64,000 nt of DNA from Antedon mediterranea. Its lineage: Eukaryota > Animalia > Echinodermata. This document shows positions 53,001 through 64,000 of the stretch, in pieces. The translations under genes were made by a program, and so were the position numbers. The DNA lies in assembly GCF_964355755.1 (NCBI RefSeq), contig NC_092670.1, forward strand, positions 1,044,201-1,108,200. The letters are read 5' to 3'. The notes beneath the pieces were generated by a model. It was given only the letters and a program-made list of their open reading frames with translations. It did not search any database and was not told where the DNA came from. Positions within the stretch are counted from its first letter, which is position 1, and every line of letters starts with the position of its first letter.

Positions 53001-56000
53001 ATATTATCTTATGACTTTTTCAAATAAATACACTTATTGAAATAGTGAATCATTGTTTTTAAAGGTATCATTAAATATCAACCATATTTTCTTTTTTACT
53101 ATTCCTGAATACTTTCGCAAAATAATATCAAAATAATAAATTAAAAATGTATCATCCCAAAAAAAAATGAAAATTGAAGAAATATTATTATTGTTAAAAG
53201 TGAATAACTAACCCTAAAGTGTTATACTGTATTACACACAACGAAAATGTTTTAAATATATCTTGTCCAAAAAATGACACTAAACTTAAAGATTTATTGT
53301 CCCATAGAATCATGAAAAATGAAGATTATTAAAATCAAATTTGAATAGGACATTTTGTAGTTTTAACAAAGTTAATCACTTACATAGAAAAAAAAACCCA
53401 ACAAACTTTTGTTTTCACTTATAAAATGAAAAAAATTCCATTAGCTGGCAGCCAATATGACTATTTTTTTAGTATTGGAGTATAACAAAACATATACATA
53501 TATTTCCATGTGTTCTCTATTGCTAAAAAAAGACATTCAGTTCAGCTTTCCTTCTATAACCACTTAATAAATACTAGTTACAGTCCAACTCCTCCTTAAT
53601 CTCTTCCATTTTCTATAAAAAAAATGAAACAAGTATTAAAAAATTGCTATAGTAAGGCATATTGCTCAAATCATTTTTTCTGGCCAATGTATGTCACCAA
53701 CTGACATACACATTTGAAAAAAGTCTATACAAACCTGTGTCAGCCTCATAATTGCCAGTCCACGTTTTTGAGGAGCAATTGCTCTTAATTCCATGGCAAT
53801 ATACTGGCCGCTTAAACTACTAGCTTGGTCATTGGTGGAGTTTGTAACGCTGGTAATAGCCTGAAGGATCCAATTTATCAATGTTCATCTAATTGACCTA
53901 AAAGAAACAAAAACAACAGTATTTATGTATTAATATTACTACTACTACTAGGCCTATCCTAGCCTTACAACACTAAATCAACTAAATATTAGGCCTATAA
54001 ATATTAATTAATAATAATAAGTAGCCTAGGCCTAGGCTAAACCTAGCCTAGCCTAGTACTGTACTCATTTATTTGTAGGCTTAACCTAGGCTAGGCCTGG
54101 CCTAGCCTACTAGGGTATATGTAGCTAGGTAGGCCTAGCTAGGCCCTAGTATGGCCTAAACCTATGTAGGCTAGAAATAGAAGGCTTGCCATCACTTTAC
54201 AAATTGATCTCTGACGCGTTTTAGGTCTAGTTTTTCTGGCATTCTTCTACACAGATGTTTGTCTGAAATTATTGTCTTCATGCATTAATCCTTATGTTTC
54301 TGTCTGTGTATGACTTACTTCCCTTATCGTAAAGACAAGAAGGGTAAGTATTTCCATAAAGACCTCGCTCGTCAGCCACCATTTTTTTGCCGTCGGTGTC
54401 GTCGATGAGAGATATTCCTGACTTCTGATTGGTTGACGAACGCAAACCGCGCTCGCGACGCCTCAAAAAGTTGACCAAGGTTCAACTTTTGAAAATTCGC
54501 GTGCGAAGCCTTCGCTGCTGTCGTTTTCAACGCGTTGAAGTTGAAATTCGACTATCGTACACTGTTCGCTTGTATGTTCACACTGGAAGCGTCCGTCGCC
54601 TGCCGCGTGCGTCACTTTTTAACGCGAAATTCGCGGCTTCGCGTTTGGTGTGCACCGGCCTTTAGTCCTCAATTGTACGCACGCGCACCAGAGTTTATAT
54701 AGCGCCGATAAACAATGATAGTGGCTAACGTGTTGGTTTTCAAAGGGATGTCCCAACACATTTTTGGTGATTTCAACTGCATATGCGCAGAGGGATTCGT
54801 GGTTGAAGGTAAAGAGGGTTCACGCTAGAACACGTTCAAGGAAAAAGTCGGAAAACAAGAAATGGTTAAAAAGTTTTTTTTTATAGATTTTAATAAATGC
54901 ACAAACTCAACGGATGATTGTCAGAATGGCAAAGGTATGGTTCATTTTAGAGTACACTTGTAAGTTGCGATCACGATTTAAAATAATATCTGATTACAAT
55001 ATTGCCAAATGTGTATTGCAGATTCAAGATTCAAGATTCAAGAAATTTTATTTGTCCATAAAAATGGAAATTCACTTTGCTTGGTAGATTAAAACAACAA
55101 TATTGCAACAATTTAAAAAAAACGTGCAGTATAATAACAGATTAAAAATACAAGATAAAAAGTTAAAAATACTGTTAAAAATGTAAAACTATTAAAAATT
55201 GCATTAACGTCTTACATTAGAATTAAAAATATGAATGCTATTTACGACGAAGGATTTTCTAGTTCTACAAAGATTTGCTCTTGGAGGTCGTAGCCTAATG
55301 CCTGATCTATTTAAGTTATAACAGTAATGTAACGGATGAGTGGGGTCTTTCATAATATTGTTTACTTTTTTAGAATACTCTTTTCATAGATAAATGAACA
55401 AGGCGTTAGATCAGCTTTAATAATACGTTGTGCAATTTTACGTGGTCTCTCAATATTTTTCTTATCATTTTCAGTAAAGTTACCATAAAAACATCCAATG
55501 CTAAAAGATAAAATACTTTGAATAATACTTTGATAAAATAGAATTAAAATAGTGTTATCAACTCTAATTTCCTTGAGTTTTCTGAGAAAGTAAAGCCTTT
55601 GAGATGCCTTCTTGGAAATCATGAGAGAGTTTGACTCCCATTTTAATTTGTTGTCAATTATAGTACCTAAGTATTTGTATTGGGTTACTCTTTCAACCTC
55701 AATTTCAATGAATGTGAAAGCTCTGCAAATGTTTGCAAAAATGGGGCCACTTGTTTTAACACATTTGGTGATTACAACTGCACATGCACAGAGGGATTCA
55801 TTGGTAAACGATGTGAAATAGGTAAGGTATGGTTCACGCTAAAACACTCTCTAAGTAAAAGTAGGAAAAACAAGAAATAGTTAAAAAGTATTTTTTTTAT
55901 AGATTTTAATGAATGCACAAACTCAACGGAAGATTGTCAGAATGGCGCCACCTGCGTCAACACACATGGAAACTACACGTGCACGTGCGCTGAGGGTTTC

Positions 56001-59000
56001 ATTGGTCATCTATGTGAATCAGGTAAGGTATGGTTCATTTCAGAGTACACTTGTAAGTATTGCTCATCACGATTTTAAATAATATCTAATTACACTATTG
56101 GATAATTGTGTATTGCAGATTTCAATGAATGTGAAAACTCTACAAATGCTTGCAAAAATGGGGCTACTTGTTCCAACACATTTGGTGATTACAACTGCAC
56201 ATGCGCAGAGGGATTCATTGGTATACGATGTGAATTAGGTAAGGTATGGTTCACGCTAGAACACTTTCTAAGAAAAATTAGGAAAACAAGAAATGGTTAA
56301 AAAGTATTTTTTTTATAGATTTTAATGAATGCACAAACTCATTGGATGATTGTCAGAATGGCGCCACCTGCGTCAACACGCATGGAAACTACACGTGCAC
56401 ATGCGCTGAAGGTTTCATTGGTCATCTATGTGAATCAGGTAAGGTATGGTTCATTTCAGAGTACACTTGTAAGTTGCGATCACGATTTTAAATAATATCT
56501 AATTACAATATTGCCCAATGTGTATTGCAGATTTCAATGAATGTGAAAACTCTACAAATGCTTGCAAAAATGGGGCTACTTGTTCCAACACATTTGGTGA
56601 TTACAACTGCACATGCGCAGAGGGATTCATTGGTAAACGATGTGAATTAGGTAAGGTATGGTTCACGCTAGAACACTTTCTAAGAAAAAGTAGGAAAACA
56701 AGAAATGGTTAAAAAGTTGTTTCTTTTTATAGATTTTAATGAATGCACAAACTCAACGGATGATTGTCAGAATGGCGCCACCTGCGTCAATACACATGGA
56801 AACTACACGTGCATGTGCGCTGAGGGTTTCATTGGTCATCTATGTGAATCAGGTAAGGTATGGTCCATTTCAGAGTACACTTGTAAGTTGCGATCACGAT
56901 TTAAAATAATATCTAATTACACTATTGGATAATTGTGTATTGCAGATTTCAATGAATGTGAAAACTCTACAAATGCTTGCAAAAATGGGGCTACATGTTC
57001 CAACACATTTGGTGATTACAACTGCACATGCGCAGAGGGATTCATTGATAAACGATGTGAATTAGGTAAGGTATGGGTCACGCTAGAATACTTTCTAAGA
57101 AAAAGTAGGAAAACAAGAAATGGTTAAAAAGTTTTTTTTTATAGATTTTAATGAATGCACAAACTCAACGGATGATTGTCAGAATGGCGCCACCTGCGTC
57201 AATACACCTGGAAACTACACGTGCACATGCGCTGAGGGTTTCATTGGTCATCTATGTGAATCAGGTAAGGTATGGTTCATTTCAGAGTAGGCCTACACTT
57301 GTAAGTATTGCTCATCACGATTGTAAATAATATCTAATTATAATATTGCCCAATGTGTATTGCAGATTTCAATGAATGTGAAAACTCTACAAATGCTTGC
57401 AAAAATGGGGCTACTTGTTTCAACACATTTGGTGATTACAACTGCACATGCGCAGAGGGATTCATTGGTATACGATGTGAATTAGGTAAGGTATGGTTCA
57501 CGCTAGAACACTTTCTAAGAAAAAGTAGGAAAATAAGAAATGGTTAAACAAGTTTTTTTTTATATAGATTTTAATGAATGCACAAACTCAACGGATGATT
57601 GTCAGAATGGCGCCACCTGCGTCAATACACCTGGAAACTACACGTGCACGTGCGCTGAGGGTTTCATTGGTCATCTATGTGAATCAGGTAAGGTATGATT
57701 CATTTCAGAGTACACTTGGAAGTATTGCTCATCACGATTTTAAATAATATCTAATTACAATATTGCCCAATGTGTATTGCAGATTTCAATGAATGTGAAA
57801 ACTCTACAAATGGTTGCAAAAATGGGGCTACTTGTTCCAACACATTTGGTGATTATAACTGCACATGCGCAGTGGGATTCATTGGTAAACGATGTGAATT
57901 AGGTAAGGTATGTGTCACGCTAGAACACTTTTTAAGAAAAAGTAGGAAAACAAGAAATGGTTAAAAAGTTTTTTTTCTATAGATTTTAATGAATGCACAA
58001 ACTCAACGGATGATTGTCAGAATGGCGCCACCTGCGTCAATACACCTGGAAACTACACGTGCACGTGCGCTGAGGGTTTCATTGGTCATCTATGTGAATC
58101 AGGTAAGGTATGATTCATTTCAGAGTACACTTGAAAGTATTGCTCATCACGATTTTAAATAATATCTGATTATAATACTGCCCAATGTATATTGCAGATT
58201 TCAATGAATGTGAAAACTCTACAAATGCTTGCAAAAATGGGGCTATTTGTTCCAACACATTTGGTGATTACAACTGCACATGCGCAGAGGGATTCATTGG
58301 TAAACGATGCGAATTAGGTAAGGTATGGTTCACGCTAGAACATTTTTTAAGAAAAAGTAGGAAAACAAGAAATGGTTAAAAAGTTTTTTTTCTATAGATT
58401 TTAATGAATGCACAAACTCAACGGATGATTGTCAGAATGGCGCCACCTGCGTCAATACACCTGGAAACTACACGTGCACGTGCGCTGAGGGTTTCATTGG
58501 TCATCTATGTGAATCAGGTAAGGTATGGTTCATTTCAGAGTGCACTTGAAAGTATTGCTCATCACGATTTTAAATAATATCTAATTACAATATTGCCCAA
58601 TGTGTATTGCAGATTTCAATGAATGTGAAAGCTCTACAAATGCTTGCAAAAATGGGGCTATTTGTTCCAACACATTTGGTGATTACAACTGCACATGCGC
58701 AGAGGGATTCATTGGTAAACGATGTGAATTAGGTAAGGTATGGTTCACGCTAGAACACTTTCTAAGAAAAAGTAGGAAAACAGGAAATGGTTAAAACAGT
58801 TTTTTTTTATATAGATTTTAATGAATGCTCAAACTCAACGGATGATTGTCAGAATGGCGCCACCTGCGTCAATACACATGGAAACTACACGTGCACGTGC
58901 GCTGAGGGTTTCATTGGTCATCTATGTGAATCAGGTAGGTATGGTTCATTTCAGAGTACACTTGTAAGTATTGCTCATCACGATTTTAAATCATCACGAT

Positions 59001-61554
59001 TTTAAATAATATCTAATTACAATATTGCCCAATGTGTATTGCAGATTTCAATGAATGTGAAAACTCTACAAATGCTTGCAAAAATGGGGCCACTTGTTCC
59101 AACACATTTGGTGATTACAACTGCACATGCGCAGAGGGATTTATTGGTAACAGATGTGAATTAGGTAAGGTATGGTTCACGCTAGAACACTTTCTAAGAA
59201 AAAGTAGGAAAACAGGAAATGGTTAAAACAGTTTTTTTTTATATAGATTTTAATGAATGCTCAAACTCAACGGATGATTGTCAGAATGGCGCCACCTGCG
59301 TCAACACACATGGAAACTACACGTGCACGTGCGCTGAGGGTTTCATTGGTCATCTATGTGAATCAGGTAGGTATGGTTCATTTCAGAGTGCACTTGAAAG
59401 TATTGCTCATCACGATTTTAAATAATATCTAATTACAATATTGCCCAATGTGTATTGCAGATTTCAATGAATGTGAAAGCTCTACAAATGTTTGCAAAAA
59501 TGGGGCCACTTGTTTCAACACATTTGGTGATTACAACTGCACATGCGCAGAGGGATTTATTGGTAACAGATGTGAATTAGGTAAGGTATGGTTCACGCTA
59601 GAATACGTTCTAGGTAAAAAGCAAGAAATATTTGTTTGAAAAGTATTAAGTTCTTTTTTTAGATTTTAATGAATGCATGCATTCATTGGATGATTGTCAG
59701 AATGGCGCCACCTGCGTCAACACATATGGAAACTACACGTGCACGTGCGCTGAGGGTTTCATTGGGCAACGATGTGAAGCAGGTAAGGTATGGTTCACAC
59801 TCGGAGTACATAGATGGACGAGCACGGTATAATTCTATAATTGTTATACAATGTACAGTTTGAAAAATACGATTTTGATTAACGGCGTGTTAGATTTTAT
59901 AAAAAAAAATTGCATGAATTCAAAGAATCTGTCACCGATTTTAGACCTAACTAGTAAACGTGTTTTTCAGACATCGATGAATGTGAAAACTCAACAGCTA
60001 CTTGTAAAAATGGGGCCACTAATTGTTTCAACACATTTGGTGATTACAACTGCACATGCGCAGAGGGATTCACTGGGAAACAATGTGAATTTGGTAAGGA
60101 ACTTGAGAGCAAACAAACTCATGCAAGTCAATACATATAAACTTAAAATACTGTAAATCCATATATTAGACGGGAGTATATTTATTCATGTATGTAAAAC
60201 AACGCTTGTTGTCCGACATAAAAGCTAAAAATGTATCTTTTAACATTGCATTATACGATGTGAATTGTAGATCTGGTTCACCATAGTGTAATTTAAACGT
60301 ACTTAAACTGTCCTTTAATAGTAATAATAATGTTACAAATATGAAATATTTAAAGATGTTAATGAATGCACAAATTCACTGGATGACTGTCAGAATGGCG
60401 CCACCTGCGTCAACACACATGGAAACTACACGTGCACGTGCGCTAAGGGTTTCACCGGGCAACGATGTGAATCAGGTAATGTATTTTGTTTACAAACCAT
60501 GGGTAAGTTAATTGTTTTATTGGTCAACGATTTGAATCAGGTAAGGTATTTCTTTATAAACAAATAGTGTATTGTTTTATACCACTCTGTCGATTTCACT
60601 ATATAAATGTCATAGACTATAGACTTTATTCTAAACTTAACAGTAGGCCCATTTTAGTTAAAGCACACCGATGGTGAAATAATATTATGGAATGTAAAGT
60701 TATGGATTTGAGGGGCTGAACTCTTGTAATCAATGCAAAACAAAAATATGACTACTATGTCTACTTTAGATATTGATGAGTGCACTAACTCTATTGATTG
60801 CTGCCAGAATAACGCCACATGTGTGAACACGCCCGGAAGTTACACCTGTAAATGTACTCATGAGTATGTAGGCATTTACTGTGAAAGAAGTAAGTACACC
60901 CATTTTATTAACGACTTTTCTTTTTTATGACGTGCCACGCACACGACGCGCCTGTTACAAGGATTTCTGCGCACGCTCAAACAATATTAATTGGCGCGCT
61001 TTCATAATTAAAAAGCATAATTTTCTCGTCTTTTCCCGCTTTTCTTGTCTGTTTCCACACATTCGTTTGTTCGTTTGTTTCTTAACTTTGTTCATCTGCT
61101 TCAAGCCAAACTGAGATTTCCATATAAATTTTTTAACAATCATCTAACAATCATCGGCGGTCAAACCGACAAACTTGACTGATACCGCTATGATTTGGTA
61201 AATGATATTTTGTCTCTATTTTAAGTACATAGGTCTACATCGAGGGGCACGAAAGTGGTCAATGCAAACGGTCATCCGGTTTGTCTTAAACCTGATAAAT
61301 TAGCCAAGTTTACAGTTAACAAAAAGCTGCTAAGAAGTACGATCGAGTGTTTTCAGTTTTGCCTCAAAGTTGGTCATTGTGACACAAACAAGCCAGCGAA
61401 TGCGTACCAACTTCAACAGACGTCAGCAGGAGTGATGTGCCACTTGGTGGAATATGACGACGGTGACCCGACTGACGGTGACCCGACTGGGTACATCAAA
61501 GTTGATGGTTGCACTCTCTACAAAATGACAGAGGGGCCGATAATGATCACGTAG
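50029..61554 (+). CDS. Secreted C-type lectin / ~22 calcium-binding EGF / PAN-apple-like protein (~1137 aa if all intact exons are used); fibropellin/Notch-like EGF array
   Basis: Signal exon 50029-50089 ([20 protein letters not shown]); CTLD exons 50461-50718 (WIGLND) and 51545-51667 (EDC..W...C..FVCEK); 19 phase 1-1 120-nt EGF exons between 55903 and 59782; further EGF exons 59971-60093, 60356-60475, 60770-60889; terminal exon 61226-61554 ([13 protein letters not shown]). No transmembrane segment. Confidence 0.85.
50743..51473 (+). mobile_element. Helentron-associated HINE / DINE-1-like non-autonomous element
   Basis: TTTTTAGTCGC..GCGACT 5' inverted repeat, (GTCG/GTCT)n microsatellite, 3' CGCGACT subterminal repeat, short GCC..GGC hairpin ending CTTGTT. 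Confidence 0.75.
51756..51828 (-). other. tRNA-like sequence (Asp/Glu-like, anticodon ATC, disrupted anticodon stem) in a dispersed repeat
   Basis: GCCCCAGTGGTCTAATGGTTAG...GTTCGAGTCTCGGTTGGGGCG followed by TTTTT; probably a pseudo-tRNA. Confidence 0.6.
52123..52194 (-). tRNA. tRNA-Glu(TTC)-like cloverleaf in a dispersed repeat (probable pseudo-tRNA)
   Basis: Acceptor GCCCCAG/TTGGGGC, D-stem GTC/GAC, anticodon arm TCTGC-ATTTCAA-GCAGG, T-arm CCGAG-TTCGTGT-CTCGG, TTTTT terminator; atypical A32 and T58. Confidence 0.45.
52275..54661 (-). mobile_element. Harbinger DNA transposon derivative with decayed MADF (Myb/SANT) ORF
   Basis: TIR AGGCCGGTGCACACC(G/A)AACGCGAAGCCGCGAA; 3-bp TSD TTA; minus-strand remnant [22 protein letters not shown] (~54280-54380) resembles MADF; no transposase seen. 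Confidence 0.88.
54748..54934 (+). pseudogene. Decayed EGF exon pair at the 5' edge of the array
   Basis: 5'-truncated, frameshifted A-type exon plus an internally deleted 48-nt B-type exon (54887-54934). Confidence 0.75.
55021..55700 (-). mobile_element. 5'-truncated Rex1/Babar-like LINE inserted at an EGF exon acceptor
   Basis: [47 protein letters not shown]; (TTGAATC)n 3' tail; separates TGTATTGCAG from the exon body ATTTCAATGAATGT. Confidence 0.88.
55702..59800 (+). repeat. ~415-bp coding tandem repeat (exon A - intron - exon B - intron) x ~10
   Basis: Near-identical units including the introns; A = [41 protein letters not shown] = [40 protein letters not shown]. Confidence 0.97.
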
Positions 61555-61684
61555 ACTTGCCCATGTTTTAAAAAGAAAACTTCACAGTATATACCTTCGT
61601 GAACCAAAAAAAAAATGTCCTCTTATAATAGAGTGTAACGGGAAAGTGTCCACTTTATAGGTGGTGTCCTAACGATGAGGTTCT

Positions 61685-62532
61685 CAGAGCCATATATATA
61701 AAGAGTTACGACATTGGATTATAGTCACGTGATATGCAGATCAAAATGTGTCAAACTTGTCTCCATTAATGCATGTAAAGTATAGGAGCAACAAATACTT
61801 TTAACTTTTTCTTGTATTAAAAAAAATGTAATTGCACATGTTACGATGAAATATCGATGTGCACAGCGTACAGAAGTAAGTACTTGCGCCAAAAAATATT
61901 GCGCGCGCGTGCGCTAGTACATTATAACGTTCGATTGATTGATTGATTTTGGAACAAAACATCCCATACCTACGTCCTATTAATAACAATTATGTAATAT
62001 TTTCAATTCATAATGCATGCTTTGATGACTAAATAAAATAATAAAGTGTCGTGGATATATTTGTTAATATACTGAAAAGGGTATGAACAATATTTAAATA
62101 ATAAAGGCAAATTATTACAAATGAAATGATGAACGAGTCTCTGAATGGTAATAACGTTGGCGGCGCAGTTTGTGTAAAAAACACACAGAAAGCAATATAC
62201 TGCATAAAAAGAGAGGTGAATTTGTGTGTTTTTTGTATTGGTTCATTCTTTGATGCATTCTAACTTCCATGTAGGCCCTTTTAGCATTTATTTTTTTGTT
62301 ATTATAAAAAATATATATATATTTTAACAAATCAATACCGTTAATAAAATTAATTACTAAATTAAAAACGGAATCTAAGCGTTATTTCATAGACAACAAA
62401 ATCTAAAAATAGTGCATGAACTATAGGAAAACGCTATACAAAAGAGACGCGCGCGCCCTCAGCGTGCGAATTCTTTGACACAAAAATGGCTTCTAATTTT
62501 CAATGTCGTAACTCTTTATATATATGGCTCTG
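61685..62532. mobile_element. Non-autonomous TIR element (P- or hAT-like)
   Basis: 32-bp TIR CAGAGCCATATATATAAAGAGTTACGACATTG; 8-bp TSD GAGGTTCT. Confidence 0.88.
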
Positions 62533-63539
62533 GAGGTTCTATACTGTATAGTAATTACTTAGATGCATATAGAACTGTTAGTATATTATAGAAAGTTTAT
62601 ACCCTTTATCAAAATACATGCCTCGACAATTAATGTATCAAACATTATATGAATACACACGTGAAGTTTTAACAAAATCTGTTACGCTTCTTTAGTAGAG
62701 AATGCGTACACAATCGTTTCCACGACCTTCTTTTGGTGGATTAATTTGCATTTTTGAGGTTTTTTTTTTATTATCAACGGAGAATACAAATTACAGTATA
62801 CATCAATAAAATGACATTATACAGTAGAACTACTTATGAAATTCACTGTATATTTTTAAAATTGTAACTTTAGACTGTCCGCTCAAGTACCACAATGACA
62901 ACCATAAACCGACAATGTTGATGATGATATTGAATTGATATATAATGATTCTATGCCAACCTATAAATAATAATAATGATAAAGATTGCCATGACATAAT
63001 AAGACAGCAACAACCTAGCCTACATTGTATAACAGATGGTCAAATACCATGAGCCTGTGTATTGTAATTTTTGATAGGCCTATATTCCTTAATTTAATAA
63101 GCAGTAAAATAATGTTATGGTTTACGATCACATCAAATAAGTCAATAAAAAACCTTTAATAAATGAACTCAATGCATTGCAACACTGTACAAGTAGCAAT
63201 ACTGTAGGCCTAATAATAATCTTATTAACTAATACTAATAACGCACTAATAAACCGCTAAAGTTTCACCTATTTTGGTTGTTGTTGGTTGTTGTTTATTA
63301 GTTTTCCACAAATAATTCATATTTTCTAAATTTTTCAAATCATTAGGCCTACACATTATTTTACAAATGTGGATGGTGGTCACAATAAGTCTGTAAATAG
63401 GCAGTGGCCACTATTAACAAAATAAAGAAACATCAAAAGTCTGTACAATAAATAATTTGTTACAAAATAAAATTCACCTAAAACAGACATTATGTAGTAC
63501 AGTATTTACAATTTTTTGTCACGCTTGATTTTAGATTTC

Positions 63540-64000
63540 TTATTTTACTGCAGTATATCATATTAGACTTCACTATATCTTTAACTTATTCATATTTTAC
63601 TGCAGTATATCATATTAGACTTCACTGTATCTTTAACTTATTCTCATTTTACTGCAGTAAAGACTTCACTGTATCTTTAACTTATTCTCATTTTACTGCA
63701 GTATATCATATTAGACTTCACTGTATCTTTAACTTATTCTCATTTTACTGCAGTATATCATATTAGACTTCACTATATCTTTAACTTATTCTCATTTTAC
63801 TGCAGTATATCATATTAGACTTCACTGTATCTTTAACTTATTCTTATTTTACTGCAGTGTATCATATTAGACTTCACTATATCTTTAACTTATTCTCATT
63901 TTACTGCAGTATATCATATTAGACTTCACTATATCTTTAACTTATTCTTATTTTACTGCAGTATATCATATTAGACTTCACTGTCTCTTTAACTTATTCT
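63540..64000. repeat. Minisatellite, ~53 bp unit, running off the right edge
   Basis: Repeating ATTTTACTGCAGTATATCATATTAGACTTCACTRTATCTTTAACTTATTCTC. Confidence 0.97.

Noticed and set aside
50029-61554. Calling the EGF gene Notch, Delta or fibropellin
   Set aside because: No DSL, LNR, TM, ankyrin, CUB or avidin-like domain is visible.

Overview
AT-rich, intron-containing animal genomic DNA. Gene content and repeat style suggest a marine invertebrate, possibly an echinoderm (inference only). Four spliced genes were assembled by hand from GT-AG boundaries and exon phases. (1) A minus-strand EF-hand/coiled-coil Rab11-FIP3/4 (Nuf-like) gene starting at 22441 and running off the left edge. (2) A minus-strand ~647-aa LRR gene (36217-24122) with an acidic tail ending PGQFDDVD*, close to the PRMT5-binding motif. 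(3) A plus-strand 17-exon ~915-aa secreted protein (37308-49248) with a Hedgehog N-terminal (Hedge) domain between two peptidase-M15A-like domains, no Hint/Hog domain and most Zn ligands replaced; this is the most unusual object in the window. (4) A plus-strand secreted C-type lectin + ~22 Ca-binding EGF + PAN/apple-like gene (50029-61554) whose EGF array is a homogenised ~415-bp two-exon tandem repeat. Introns hold many, often nested, transposons: Sola2, Helitron, Rex1/Babar LINEs, Kolobok, hAT, Mutator-like foldbacks, Harbinger, a Helentron-like HINE and tRNA-SINEs. All homology calls come from motif recognition by eye, not from database searches.
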